Below, one piece after another: positions 45,862-55,705 of a stretch of DNA of 64,000 nt. The position numbers were made by a program, and so were the translations under genes. The stretch covers positions 758 through 64,757 of the forward strand of contig NZ_JBQLZN010000056.1 in assembly GCF_052168295.1 (NCBI RefSeq), read 5' to 3'. Numbering within the stretch: the first letter of the stretch is position 1; each line of letters begins with the position of its first letter. This stretch comes from Parasphingopyxis sp. Lineage in GTDB: Bacteria; Pseudomonadota; Alphaproteobacteria; Sphingomonadales; Sphingomonadaceae. The notes beneath the pieces were generated by a model. That model was not told the DNA's origin. It made no database searches and saw only the letters and a list, made by a program, of their open reading frames with translations.

Positions 45862-48411
45862 CTAATAAATACCGCCTTCGGACTGCAGGAATTCGCTGTC
45901 GTTACGCGGTGCGTCGACTTCGACGGTATTCTGCTCCGCTTCGTTCAAGACCGGACGCGCCGGGCGGCGCGCGAGGACGTCGCGGCGGATCGTGCGCGTC
46001 GGCTCGCTATCGGGCCGGAAGGCCTCCCAGATGATCGCGCTTCGCGGATCCTGGCTCGGCCAGCCACCGAAGACGCGCCGGCCGCTGCGGCGGTCGATAC
46101 GGACCATGCGGATGCCGCGCGGGGCGCGGAACGGGATGACAGCCTGGCCCTCAAGCGTTTCGGCCATGAACTGACGGAAGATCGGCGCGGCGAGCGTGCC
46201 GCCCGCGCCGAAGCCGATACTGCGGGCCTGGCGGTCGTAACCCATATAGACGCCGGCCACGAGGTTCGCCGTGCCGCCGACGAACCATACATTGGTCGGC
46301 CCGGTCGTCGTACCCGTCTTGCCGAAGATCGGATGGCCGAGATCGCGCAGGATCGTCGCCGTGCCGCGCTGGATCACGCCTTCGAGGATGTGCACCATCT
46401 GGAAGGCCGTCATCGGATCGATGACCTGGCGGCCGGGGACGGGCGGGCGCGGCATACGGCCGCCGTCCCAATCGTCGGCGTTGCAGCCTTCGCAGGCGCG
46501 CCAGTTGGCCGGATAGATCACTTCGCCGCGCCGGTCCTGAACGTAATCGATCAGCGAGGGCCCGACATCGCGGCCGTGATTGGCGAGCATGCCATAGGCG
46601 TTGACGAGACGCAGGACCGATGTGTCGCCCGAGCCGAGCGAGGTCGAGAGGAAGGGCTCATGCTCGCCGATACCGGCATTGCGGATCAACTCGACGACAT
46701 TCTCCATGCCGGTTTCGGACGCGGTGCGCACGGTCATCAGGTTGCGCGACTGTTCGAGGCCCCAGCGCAGCGTCTGCGGTCCCGCGACGCCGCCGCCCGA
46801 GTTGCGGAAGCATTTGCGGCCCAGGGTCGCGCCCTGATACACGCAGAAGGGCCCGTCGACGATGATCGATGCCGGCGTCATCCCGTTTTCGAGCGCCGCG
46901 GCATAAACGAAGGGCTTGATGCTCGATCCGGGCTGCCGTTCGGCCTGGGTCGCGCGGTTGAAAGCTTCGAGGCCCGCGCTGAATCCGCCCTGCATGGCGT
47001 AGACGCGGCCCGTCTGGACGTCTTCGACGACCATGCCGCCCGATATGTCCGGCACCTTGGTGAAGGCATAGCCGTTGCCCGAGGGGCGCACGGTGATGAT
47101 GTCGCCGGGCTGCATCGTCGAGAAGGCCGTGCCTCCGCCGCGCCGCGCGACCGAGGCGGAACCGCGCGATAAGGTCGCCGTTTCGCCGTCGGCAAAGCCG
47201 ATCTGCGCGGCGTTCGCGTCTTTCGAGATGACCACCGCGACGCGCCAGTCCTCATAATCGACCGAGAGGTTTGCGCTGGCGAGCCGCGACTGCCATTCGC
47301 CGTCGTCCATCGGGATCGTGGCGACCGGGCCCGCCCAGGGGCGGCCGCGATCGAACCGCAACAGGCCGTCGCGCAACGCGTTTTCGGCGCTCGCCTGCAT
47401 TTCGGGATCGTAGGAGGTGCGGACCCACAGCCCGCCCGAATAAACCCCGTAAGGGCCGTCCTCGGCATCGCTGCCGAAGCTGTCGACCAGGATCCGGCGG
47501 ACTTCTTCCATGTAATAGCCGCCGACATTATCGGTCACCGACTGGGTCGATCGCGTCGTCCCCAGCGGCTCGGCGCGGGCCGCCGTATATTCGGCCTCGG
47601 TGATCCAGTCATTGTCGCGCATCAGATCGAGCACGACATTGCGGCGGCCGATCGCCGCATCCGGATTGCTGATCGGATTATAGCGCGAGGGCGCTTGCGG
47701 CAGGCCGGCGAGGAATGCGGCCTCGTGCAGTTCGAGGTCGGCGACATCCTTGTCAAAATAGGCGCGCGACGCGGCTTGCACGCCATAGGCGTTCCGCCCG
47801 AGGAATATCTGGTTGAGATAGAGTTCGAGGATACGCTGTTTGGTCAGGGCGCCCTCGATCCGGGTGGCGAGGATCGCCTCACGGATCTTGCGGGTGATCG
47901 AATATTCGTCGGTCAGCAGCAGATTCTTCGCGACTTGCTGGGTAATGGTCGATCCGCCCCGGGCGCGCTCCTCGGCACCCGTGACCGCGATGCGCACATA
48001 GTCGATCGCGGCGGCGGCGAGGCCCGGATAGTCGAGCCCGTTATGGGTGAAGAAATCGGCGTCTTCCGCGGCGAGGAAGGCACGGATCAGTTGCGGCGGA
48101 TATTCCTCGAAGGCGAGCTCCACCCGCCGTTCGCGCGCGAAACTCTGCACCGGCTCGCCATTCACGTCGCGTACGAAGGTCGGCAGGGCGGGTTCGTAAT
48201 CGAGCAGCGTATCGGTCGACGGCAGATCGCGCATGAAGGTGAACCAGAAGGCGATCAGGCCGAGTATTGCGATGCCGAGCAGATAGAGCGGCCAGCGGTA
48301 GCGCCGCTTGCTCCATATCCGACGCACGCTCGCGAGAAATCCCGTCGTTTCCCGGCGGAGCTTCACGTCCATGCTGGTTTCGCCAGTATCGTTCTGGGCA
48401 ATGTCCGTCAT
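45862..48411 (-). CDS. mrcA: Penicillin-binding protein 1A (class A PBP)
   Basis: EDADF, GGSTITQQVAKN, RKIRE, YLN.IFLG, transpeptidase SSIK, SRN and KTG motifs. Confidence 0.92.
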   Translation of the reverse strand: MTDIAQNDTGETSMDVKLRRETTGFLASVRRIWSKRRYRWPLYLLGIAILGLIAFWFTFMRDLPSTDTLLDYEPALPTFVRDVNGEPVQSFARERRVELAFEEYPPQLIRAFLAAEDADFFTHNGLDYPGLAAAAIDYVRIAVTGAEERARGGSTITQQVAKNLLLTDEYSITRKIREAILATRIEGALTKQRILELYLNQIFLGRNAYGVQAASRAYFDKDVADLELHEAAFLAGLPQAPSRYNPISNPDAAIGRRNVVLDLMRDNDWITEAEYTAARAEPLGTTRSTQSVTDNVGGYYMEEVRRILVDSFGSDAEDGPYGVYSGGLWVRTSYDPEMQASAENALRDGLLRFDRGRPWAGPVATIPMDDGEWQSRLASANLSVDYEDWRVAVVISKDANAAQIGFADGETATLSRGSASVARRGGGTAFSTMQPGDIITVRPSGNGYAFTKVPDISGGMVVEDVQTGRVYAMQGGFSAGLEAFNRATQAERQPGSSIKPFVYAAALENGMTPASIIVDGPFCVYQGATLGRKCFRNSGGGVAGPQTLRWGLEQSRNLMTVRTASETGMENVVELIRNAGIGEHEPFLSTSLGSGDTSVLRLVNAYGMLANHGRDVGPSLIDYVQDRRGEVIYPANWRACEGCNADDWDGGRMPRPPVPGRQVIDPMTAFQMVHILEGVIQRGTATILRDLGHPIFGKTGTTTGPTNVWFVGGTANLVAGVYMGYDRQARSIGFGAGGTLAAPIFRQFMAETLEGQAVIPFRAPRGIRMVRIDRRSGRRVFGGWPSQDPRSAIIWEAFRPDSEPTRTIRRDVLARRPARPVLNEAEQNTVEVDAPRNDSEFLQSEGGIY

Positions 48412-48506
48412 CGTGCGACGGTTTACCAGCTTTGGTTACCGATGCCAGTCGGTTTTTCCTCTCACGTCGGCGTACGACGCGATTGCTCCAGGCTATATCG
48501 GCGAGG

Positions 48507-49715
48507 TCAGTCGGTGCTGGTCAGGCGGCGCGCGAAATGCGTTTCGATCGCTTCGGCCAGACCGCGGGCGACGGCGCGCTGGCCGTCGCGCGAGAACAGG
48601 CGGCGGGCGTCGGCCGCATTGGTCAGATAGCCGGACTCGAACAGAACCGACGGCATATCGGGCGCCTTGAGCACGGCAAACCCGGCGAAACGGTGATAAT
48701 CGCTGCGGAACGGCATGTCGTCGCCGGCCTCGCGCCGGAGCAGCGAGGCGAACCGTGCGGAGATGTTCATGGTTTCCCGCTGGGTCAGGTCGATCAGGAT
48801 CGAGCGCACATCGTCGTCTTCCCCGCCGAGATTGACGCCGTTGATGATGTCGGCCGCATTTTCGCGCCGTGCGAGGCGCGCGGTTTCGCGGTCGGACGCC
48901 ACTTCGGAAAGCGTATAGATGGTCGCGCCGCGCGCTTCGCTATTCTCCGCGCTATCGGCATGGATGGATATGAACAGTTCGCCGCCGAGGCGCCGGGCGA
49001 TCTCGTAACGCTCGCGCAGCACGAGGAAACGGTCGGTGTCGCGGGTCAGCGCCACGCGGACGCGGCCGGATTCCAGCAACGCGTCGCGGGTTGCCAATGC
49101 GATCGCCAGCACGACGTCCTTCTCGTAGACATTGCCGAAGGGCGAGATCGCGCCCGGATCATGCCCGCCATGCCCGGCGTCGATGACGACGAGCGGGCGG
49201 CCGCGCGGGCCCTGGATTTCCGGCAGCTCCATCTGGCCCGCGGGCGTCGCGCGCGGGAGGCGCACCGTCAATTCGCCCCGGCCACGCGGTGGACGGGCGC
49301 GAAACGCGGCGGGCGGCAGGAAGCTCGCCCGCCCGGCGTCGGCCGCATTGGCGAACTGCACACGGCTCGCAGGCCGGATGTCGAGCGAGAATTCGCGGCC
49401 ATTGTCCGAGAAACGCCCATTCTGGAAGATCGCCGGACGCGCGAGATCCAGCACGAGACGCGCGGTTTGCGGCGTATACTGGCCCTGCCGCACGGCGCGG
49501 ATCGGCCCGGCCTGTCCGGTATCGGTACCGGCGCGCGCACCGTCGATATCGATCGCGATACGATAGGGATCGTCGAGCACGAAGGCGGATGCGTTTTCGA
49601 CCGTGTCGTCGAACTGCACGGTGATGCGTTCAGGCGTGACGTTCACCGCCTGAATGGCGGTCGCCAATGCCGGTTGCCAACCGAAAATCGCGAATATGGC
49701 GAGCAACAGGGACAT
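48507..49715 (-). CDS. amiC: N-acetylmuramoyl-L-alanine amidase (AMIN + Amidase_3)
   Basis: Signal peptide, AMIN domain (RIAID, RLVLDL), IDAGHGGHDPGA, EKD, SIHADS and E.GYLTN. Confidence 0.88.
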   Translation of the reverse strand: MSLLLAIFAIFGWQPALATAIQAVNVTPERITVQFDDTVENASAFVLDDPYRIAIDIDGARAGTDTGQAGPIRAVRQGQYTPQTARLVLDLARPAIFQNGRFSDNGREFSLDIRPASRVQFANAADAGRASFLPPAAFRARPPRGRGELTVRLPRATPAGQMELPEIQGPRGRPLVVIDAGHGGHDPGAISPFGNVYEKDVVLAIALATRDALLESGRVRVALTRDTDRFLVLRERYEIARRLGGELFISIHADSAENSEARGATIYTLSEVASDRETARLARRENAADIINGVNLGGEDDDVRSILIDLTQRETMNISARFASLLRREAGDDMPFRSDYHRFAGFAVLKAPDMPSVLFESGYLTNAADARRLFSRDGQRAVARGLAEAIETHFARRLTSTD

Positions 49716-49841
49716 GGCCCCATATTGCCGCGCTACCCCCCCATAGGTCCAGCGCAAACACATGATTAAGGTTACCCTTGTTCTTTTTCCTTGGGTGCCG
49801 TGGCTAAGGGCTGCGCTTCAAAACGAGGTGAAATAGTCCGG

Positions 49842-49857
49842 TTAACAGCGGCTTCAC
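49842..49857. promoter_or_regulatory. Candidate CtrA site in the amiC/rne divergent region
   Basis: TTAA-CAGCGGC-TTCAC, one mismatch to TTAA-N7-TTAAC. Confidence 0.35.
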
Positions 49858-50110
49858 CATGTTTGTCCGGGCTTTGTCCGCCATGACAGCGCTGCTTTTT
49901 CTTGCTGTTGTCGGGTCGCGATGCTAGCGATTTGGGGTGCAGGGGTTGATTGTGCCGCATGGCATGGCAACTTTAGCTGTCACAGATGGCCGGTGCAGTT
50001 CCGCCCGGCTCACCAGGTTGAAGCTGCATGAGGCATTCACTTCCAGGACATGAGACGATGCGCGGTTCGCGCCGTTCCATGGCCATGGACAGTCGTCCCG
50101 CCCCCGAGGC

Positions 50111-50214
50111 CGGACATGCCGATGCAGCAGACGCAATTTTTTCCAATTCACCGAGAATGGGCGCGACGCCGCACGCGATCGCAATCCGCCCATTCCCATC
50201 AGTTTTCATGTCCG
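50111..50214 (+). promoter_or_regulatory. Structured 5' leader of rne (nested stem-loop)
   Basis: CGGACATG (50111-50118) pairs with CATGTCCG (50207-50214), enclosing GAATGGGCG (50155-50163) paired with CGCCCATTC (50187-50195). Confidence 0.55.
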
Positions 50215-50256
50215 CACCGCCCGCATGGACGGTCCGGCATGATCGGAGACTCATAA

Positions 50257-52638
50257 ATGGCAACGCGTATGTTGATCGATGCGCGCCACCGGGAAGAAAC
50301 CCGTGTGGCCGTCGTCCAAAACAACCGGATCGAGGAATTTGATTTCGAGTCCGAAGAGCACAAGCAGCTCAAGGGCAATATCTATCTAGCCAAGGTTACC
50401 CGCGTCGAACCGTCGCTTCAGGCGGCATTCGTCGATTATGGCGGCAATCGCCACGGCTTTCTCGCCTTTTCGGAAATTCACCCCGACTATTACCAGATTC
50501 CGAAGGAAGATCGCGACAAGCTGCTTGCCGAGGAGGTCGAACAGGCCAAGGAAGAGGCCAAGCTGCGCGAGGACGAAGATGCCGAGCAGGAAAGCGGGGA
50601 TGCCGACGAAGAGGGCGACGAGCCCGAAGTCGAGGAAACGGGCGATGCCGATGCCGATGAAGAGCATCATGACGAGCCCTCGGTAAAGAATATCCGCAAG
50701 CGGCGCATGGACCTGCGCCGCCGCTACAAGATCCAAGACGTCATCAAGCGCCGCCAGGTGCTGCTCGTGCAGGTCGTCAAGGAAGAGCGCGGCAACAAGG
50801 GCGCGGCGCTCACCACCTATCTGTCGCTTGCCGGCCGTTATTGTGTGCTGATGCCGAATACGTCGCATGGCGGCGGGATCAGCCGGAAGATTTCGAACGC
50901 GTCGGACCGCAAGCGGCTGAAATCGGTTATCTCCGAACTCAACCTCCCCGATACGATGGGATGCATCGTCCGCACGGCGGGCATGACGCGCACCAAGACC
51001 GAGATCAAACGCGATTTCACCTATCTGGCCCGGCTGTGGGACGAAATCCGGGACGCGACGCTCAAGGCGACCGCGCCGGAAAAGATCTACACGGATAGCG
51101 ATCTCATCAAGCGCGCGATCCGCGACATCTACAATCGCGATATCAATGAGGTGATCGTCGAGGGCGAGGAGGGCTACAAGGCGGCCAAATCCTTCATGAA
51201 GCTGCTGATGCCGAGCCATGCGCGCCGCGTGCAGCAATATGCGGACGCGACGCCGCTGTTCCAGCGCTACAAGGTCGAAGATCAGCTCGGCGCGATGTAC
51301 CAGCCCCTCGTCCAGCTGAAATCGGGCGGCTATCTCGTCATCAACCCGACCGAGGCGCTGGTGTCGATCGACATCAACTCGGGCCGCTCGACGCGCGAAC
51401 ACAATATCGAGCAGACGGCGCTCAAGACCAATATCGAAGCCGCGCGCGAGATCGCGCGTCAGCTGCGCCTGCGCGACATGGCCGGGCTCGTGGTGATCGA
51501 CTTTATCGACATGGATCACCGTTCGAACAACCGGAAGGTCGAAAGCGCACTTAAGGACGCGCTGAAGAACGATCGCGCGCGCATCCAGGTCGGGCGGATT
51601 TCGTCTTTCGGTCTGCTCGAGATGAGCCGCCAGCGTCTGCGCACCGGCGTGCTTGAAGCCTCCACCGTCGACTGCCCGCATTGCGAGGGCACGGGCCTCA
51701 TGCGCACGGCATCCTCGGCGGGGCTTTCCGCGCTGCGCATGCTCGAAGAGGAAGCGGCCAAGGGCAAGGGCTCGAAATTGTCGCTGACCTGCTCGCGCGA
51801 CGCGGCTGTCTATGTGCTCAACTCCAAGCGCAAGGAGCTGGGCGAGATCGAGGAGCTGTACGGCGTGTCGATCGAAGTCATGCCCGAACGTACGCTCGAA
51901 GGTGCGGCGATGGAGATTTCGGCGTCCGGGCCGGCGCCGACGAAGAAGGTCGAGATCGTTCCGCTCGAACTCGATGATGATGACGATGAAGATATCGTCG
52001 ACGACATCGAGGAGGAAGAGGACGAGAAGCCCAAATCCCGCCGTCGGCGCGGGCGGCGCGGTGGACGCGGTCGGCGCGGCAAGCCCAAGGCGGACGATGC
52101 GAAAAAGGCCGACGATGCGGACGAGAGCGATGCGGACGACGACGAAAAGGATGGCGAACAGGCGGCCGAACCGGAGCAGAAGGCCGATGACGGGGACGAT
52201 GCGCCCGCCAAGAAGACGCGCCGCGGCCGCCGCGGCGGGCGGCGCCGGAAATCCGCCAGCGATGCCCCGCAGTCGGACGGTGCGGACGCCGGTGAAGACA
52301 GCGCAGATGCGGCCGAAGCGGAATCCGCCGATACAGCATCCGACGAGGCCAAGCCGGAAAAGCCCAAACGCCGCCGGACACGGAAGAAAGCGGATGACGA
52401 TGCCAAGGCGGATGCCGAATCGGCAAATGCCGAGAAAGAGGCCGTCGAAGCGCCCGAAGCCACGGAAGCCAAACCCAAACGCGGCAATTCGCGCAAGAAA
52501 GCCGAGCCGGCCGACGCCAATGGCAGTGGAGCGCCGCCAGAGGTTGCGGCGGAAGCCGCCGAACCTGCGGACGATGGCGGTGGCGGAGAGACACAGCCCG
52601 CGCGGCGCGGTTGGTGGCAGCGGACGTTCGGCGAATAG
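50257..52638 (+). CDS. rne: Ribonuclease E (Rne/Rng family)
   Basis: KGNIY..KV.RVEPSLQAAF, RNHGFL.F.EI, DINSG, GLVVIDFIDM, CPHC Zn-link and an acidic/Arg-rich disordered C-tail. Confidence 0.95.
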   Translation: MATRMLIDARHREETRVAVVQNNRIEEFDFESEEHKQLKGNIYLAKVTRVEPSLQAAFVDYGGNRHGFLAFSEIHPDYYQIPKEDRDKLLAEEVEQAKEEAKLREDEDAEQESGDADEEGDEPEVEETGDADADEEHHDEPSVKNIRKRRMDLRRRYKIQDVIKRRQVLLVQVVKEERGNKGAALTTYLSLAGRYCVLMPNTSHGGGISRKISNASDRKRLKSVISELNLPDTMGCIVRTAGMTRTKTEIKRDFTYLARLWDEIRDATLKATAPEKIYTDSDLIKRAIRDIYNRDINEVIVEGEEGYKAAKSFMKLLMPSHARRVQQYADATPLFQRYKVEDQLGAMYQPLVQLKSGGYLVINPTEALVSIDINSGRSTREHNIEQTALKTNIEAAREIARQLRLRDMAGLVVIDFIDMDHRSNNRKVESALKDALKNDRARIQVGRISSFGLLEMSRQRLRTGVLEASTVDCPHCEGTGLMRTASSAGLSALRMLEEEAAKGKGSKLSLTCSRDAAVYVLNSKRKELGEIEELYGVSIEVMPERTLEGAAMEISASGPAPTKKVEIVPLELDDDDDEDIVDDIEEEEDEKPKSRRRRGRRGGRGRRGKPKADDAKKADDADESDADDDEKDGEQAAEPEQKADDGDDAPAKKTRRGRRGGRRRKSASDAPQSDGADAGEDSADAAEAESADTASDEAKPEKPKRRRTRKKADDDAKADAESANAEKEAVEAPEATEAKPKRGNSRKKAEPADANGSGAPPEVAAEAAEPADDGGGGETQPARRGWWQRTFGE

Positions 52639-52681
52639 ACGAATGACGCGTTCCGGCCTCTCTCTTTCATGCCGGGTTCAT

Positions 52682-54109
52682 ATGTCGGACCCGAAAAGAG
52701 ACGGGATGGCCGGTTCCATGCCCCATTCCGGGATTTCGGCGCGCGCCTTGTCGCGCGTGGCGCTCGTGCTGTTGCTGAGCCTGCTGATGGCCGTGCGGCC
52801 GGTCGCGGCGCAGTCGATCTTGCGCGACGCGGAGACCGAAGCCTTGCTCAACGACATGGCCGCGCCGCTGGTCGAGGCGGCTGGACTGGAACCCAACGGT
52901 TTCGAGATCGTGCTGGTCAGCGATACGAGCATCAATGCTTTCGTCGCCGGCGGACAGCGCGTCTTCATCCATTCGGGCCTCATCATGGCCGCGGACAACG
53001 CCAACGAAGTGCAGGGCGTGATCGCGCACGAGATCGGCCATGTGACAGGCGGCCATGTGATCGCGATCCAGGATGCGATGGGTAGTGCGGGCGGGATCAG
53101 CATTCTCTCGCTGATCCTCGGCGCGGCGGCGATCGCCGCGGGGGCAGGCGAGGCGGGTCTTGCGATGCTCTCCGCCGGCTCGCGTGCTGCGATCGGCAAT
53201 TTCCTCGCTTTCAGCCGGACGCAGGAATCGGCGGCCGACCTCGCCGGCGCGCAATATCTTTCGGATGCCGGGATCAGCGGCCGCGGCAGTCTCGCCTTTT
53301 TCCGGCGGCTCCAGAATCTCGAATATCGGCTGAATATCCCGCAGGACAACAGCTACGACCGCACCCATCCGTTGACCGGTGAGCGGCTGGCGATCCTCGA
53401 GGAACTTTATCAGAACGACCCGGCCTGGAATGCCGAAACCGATCCGGCGCTCGAAGCGCGCTTCCAGCGGGCGCGGGCCAAGCTGATCGGTTTCGTTCAG
53501 CAGCCGCAGCAGACATTGATCAACTATCCCGAGAGCGACACGTCGGTACCCGCGCGCTACGCCCGGGCCTATGCCTATCACAAACAGGCCTTTCCGGACC
53601 GCGCGCTGGCCGAGGTGGATTCGCTGCTCGCGGGTGCACCCGACGATCCCTATTTCCTCGAGCTGCGCGGCCAGATCCTCCTTGAGTCCGGGCGGCCCGA
53701 CGAAGCGTTGGCGGATTTGCGGACGGCGCTCGCCAATTCGCGCAACCATCCGCTGATCGCTTCGCTCTTCGGACACGCGCTGATCGCGACCGAGGATGAG
53801 GAACATCTGGCCGAGGCTCGTCGCGTATTGCGGACCGCCGTGCAGCGCGACAATCGGAACCCGTTCGCATGGCGCCGGCTCGGCTATATCTACTCGCAGG
53901 AGGGCGATATCGCGCGTGCCTATCTGGCAACCGCCGAATATGCGACATTGGCGGGGTCGCCGCAGGAAGCGCTGATCAATGCGCGCCAGGCCATGCAGGG
54001 GATTCCGCAGGGGACGCCGGACTGGCTGCGCGCGCAGGATATCGCGTTGATCGCCGAGAATTTCCTTGAAGAGCATGGCGACCGGCGCCGCCGGATTCAG
54101 GCAGAGTAG
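52682..54109 (+). CDS. M48 family metalloprotease with TPR-like C-terminus (BepA/YfgC type)
   Basis: SILRDAETE, INAFVAGG, HEIGH, QESAAD and THPL. Start could be 52682, 52706 or 52718. Confidence 0.88.
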   Translation: MSDPKRDGMAGSMPHSGISARALSRVALVLLLSLLMAVRPVAAQSILRDAETEALLNDMAAPLVEAAGLEPNGFEIVLVSDTSINAFVAGGQRVFIHSGLIMAADNANEVQGVIAHEIGHVTGGHVIAIQDAMGSAGGISILSLILGAAAIAAGAGEAGLAMLSAGSRAAIGNFLAFSRTQESAADLAGAQYLSDAGISGRGSLAFFRRLQNLEYRLNIPQDNSYDRTHPLTGERLAILEELYQNDPAWNAETDPALEARFQRARAKLIGFVQQPQQTLINYPESDTSVPARYARAYAYHKQAFPDRALAEVDSLLAGAPDDPYFLELRGQILLESGRPDEALADLRTALANSRNHPLIASLFGHALIATEDEEHLAEARRVLRTAVQRDNRNPFAWRRLGYIYSQEGDIARAYLATAEYATLAGSPQEALINARQAMQGIPQGTPDWLRAQDIALIAENFLEEHGDRRRRIQAE

Positions 54110-54130
54110 AAACGGATACAGGACAAGAGC

Positions 54131-54892
54131 ATGAACCGCTGGATCATGGCTGGCCTTATCGCGGCAATCGCGGCCGCCGCGGCATTCTTCTTCTTGCGCC
54201 CCGACGGTTCGGCGGCGGCGGATGGACAGACGGAAGTCGATTTGCCCGCCGGGCTTGACCGCGCCGATCTCGAAATCGTGATCCGCGAATATATTCTCGC
54301 CAATCCGGAGATCATTCCAGAGGCGATGGAACGGCTGCAGGAACGCCGCATGGTCCAGATGATCTCATCGGTGCGCGACGAACTCGAAACGCCGTTCGAA
54401 GGCGCATGGATCGGCGCGGCGGACGCCGATGTTACGGTCGTCGAATTCTTCGACTATGCCTGCGGTTTCTGCCGCACGAGCCTCCCCGATATCGAGCGTC
54501 TGGTGGCCGAAGACCCGAACGTCCGTGTCGTGTTTCGCGAGCTGCCGATCCTGAGCGAGGAAAGCGTGGACGCCGCACGGGTCAGCCTGTCCGCGGCCAA
54601 GCAGCGCGAATATTTCGAATTCCATCGGGCGATGTATGCGGCGGGCCGGCCGGGCGCGGCGTCGATCGCCGAAGCGCAACGCAGCGTCGGGCTCGATCCC
54701 GCGCAGGTACGCCGGGATCTCGATGACGCCGCTATCGAAACCGAACTGCGCCGGAACCGCGATCTCGCGGTGCAGCTCGAGGTAAACGGCACGCCGGCCT
54801 TCGTGATCGGCGATCGCATCCTGGCCGGCGCGGTCGGTTACGACCGGCTGCGCGAAGCGGTGGCGGAGGCCAGAGCTTCGTCCGGAGACTAG
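54131..54892 (+). CDS. DsbA family thiol:disulfide oxidoreductase
   Basis: EFFDYACGFC (CxxC) and GTPAF cis-Pro loop. N-terminal TM helix. Confidence 0.9.
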   Translation: MNRWIMAGLIAAIAAAAAFFFLRPDGSAAADGQTEVDLPAGLDRADLEIVIREYILANPEIIPEAMERLQERRMVQMISSVRDELETPFEGAWIGAADADVTVVEFFDYACGFCRTSLPDIERLVAEDPNVRVVFRELPILSEESVDAARVSLSAAKQREYFEFHRAMYAAGRPGAASIAEAQRSVGLDPAQVRRDLDDAAIETELRRNRDLAVQLEVNGTPAFVIGDRILAGAVGYDRLREAVAEARASSGD

Positions 54893-55695
54893 GCCTTCGC
54901 CAGATCGGCGAGCGGGGTCATATCGGCCTCATTGTAATTGTCGGGCATCAGGATCACCGAGCGCGACGGCGGGAGGAACCATAGCACGGCACGGGCGAAA
55001 TTGTCCGCATGCTCGTCGCTGCCGAATGCGTCTCTCGAGACATTGAGGACCAGCGAACGCGTAGGCCGCATCCCGGCCGACATCATGACAGACGCGCGCG
55101 GCACTTCGACCTTCCATATCTCCTTGAGATGGCGATCCAGCGCACGTGCTGCTGCGGGCGAGAGATAATCGGCCGACGGGGCACCCTGCACGATCTTCGT
55201 ACCGGCCTTTACCGTAACGGTACCGCTATCGGCGCCGTCACCGGCTTCATCGCGGTCGATTGGGTCGCCGCGCCAGTCGCGATAGCGCAGCACGCTCTCG
55301 ATCACGCCCATCGGGATCACGTAAATCGGCTCTTCGGCCCGTGCGGCTGCGAAGAGGACGGCACCCGAGCCCGCATCGAGGCAGGACCTTGCCAGTCCCG
55401 CGAAATTATGCGCGACGAATTCGTCCGATGAGGGCATGTCCAGCCGCAGATAGGCGAAGCCGTCCGGCCCGATGAACGGCGTCGAGGACGGGATTTCGAT
55501 CGCGGCCGACCAGAGTGCGGAAAAGAAATCATGCTGCCAGCGCTCGTCGCGCTGCTCGGCGGGCACTCCGGCCAATTGTTCGAGCCGTCGCGTCATGTCC
55601 GGATCGGGCAACAATTCGATTGTCGGGTCGATCGACAGGGGCGGCACAGCGGATGGCGCTTCGTCCTTGCCGAAGAGTTTTCCGAACAGGCCCAT
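54889..55695 (-). CDS. Hypothetical protein, possibly SseB-like
   Basis: MGLFGKLFG amphipathic start. Two-domain layout with a GAP...LSP linker reminiscent of SseB proteins; the assignment is tentative. Confidence 0.5.
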   Translation of the reverse strand: MGLFGKLFGKDEAPSAVPPLSIDPTIELLPDPDMTRRLEQLAGVPAEQRDERWQHDFFSALWSAAIEIPSSTPFIGPDGFAYLRLDMPSSDEFVAHNFAGLARSCLDAGSGAVLFAAARAEEPIYVIPMGVIESVLRYRDWRGDPIDRDEAGDGADSGTVTVKAGTKIVQGAPSADYLSPAAARALDRHLKEIWKVEVPRASVMMSAGMRPTRSLVLNVSRDAFGSDEHADNFARAVLWFLPPSRSVILMPDNYNEADMTPLADLAKA

Positions 55696-55705
55696 TCCTC
55701 CCTCC

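Noticed and set aside
51960-52620. Low-complexity repeats (RRGRRGGR, poly-Asp/Glu) in rne
   Set aside because: Expected disordered scaffold region of RNase E, not a separate repeat element.
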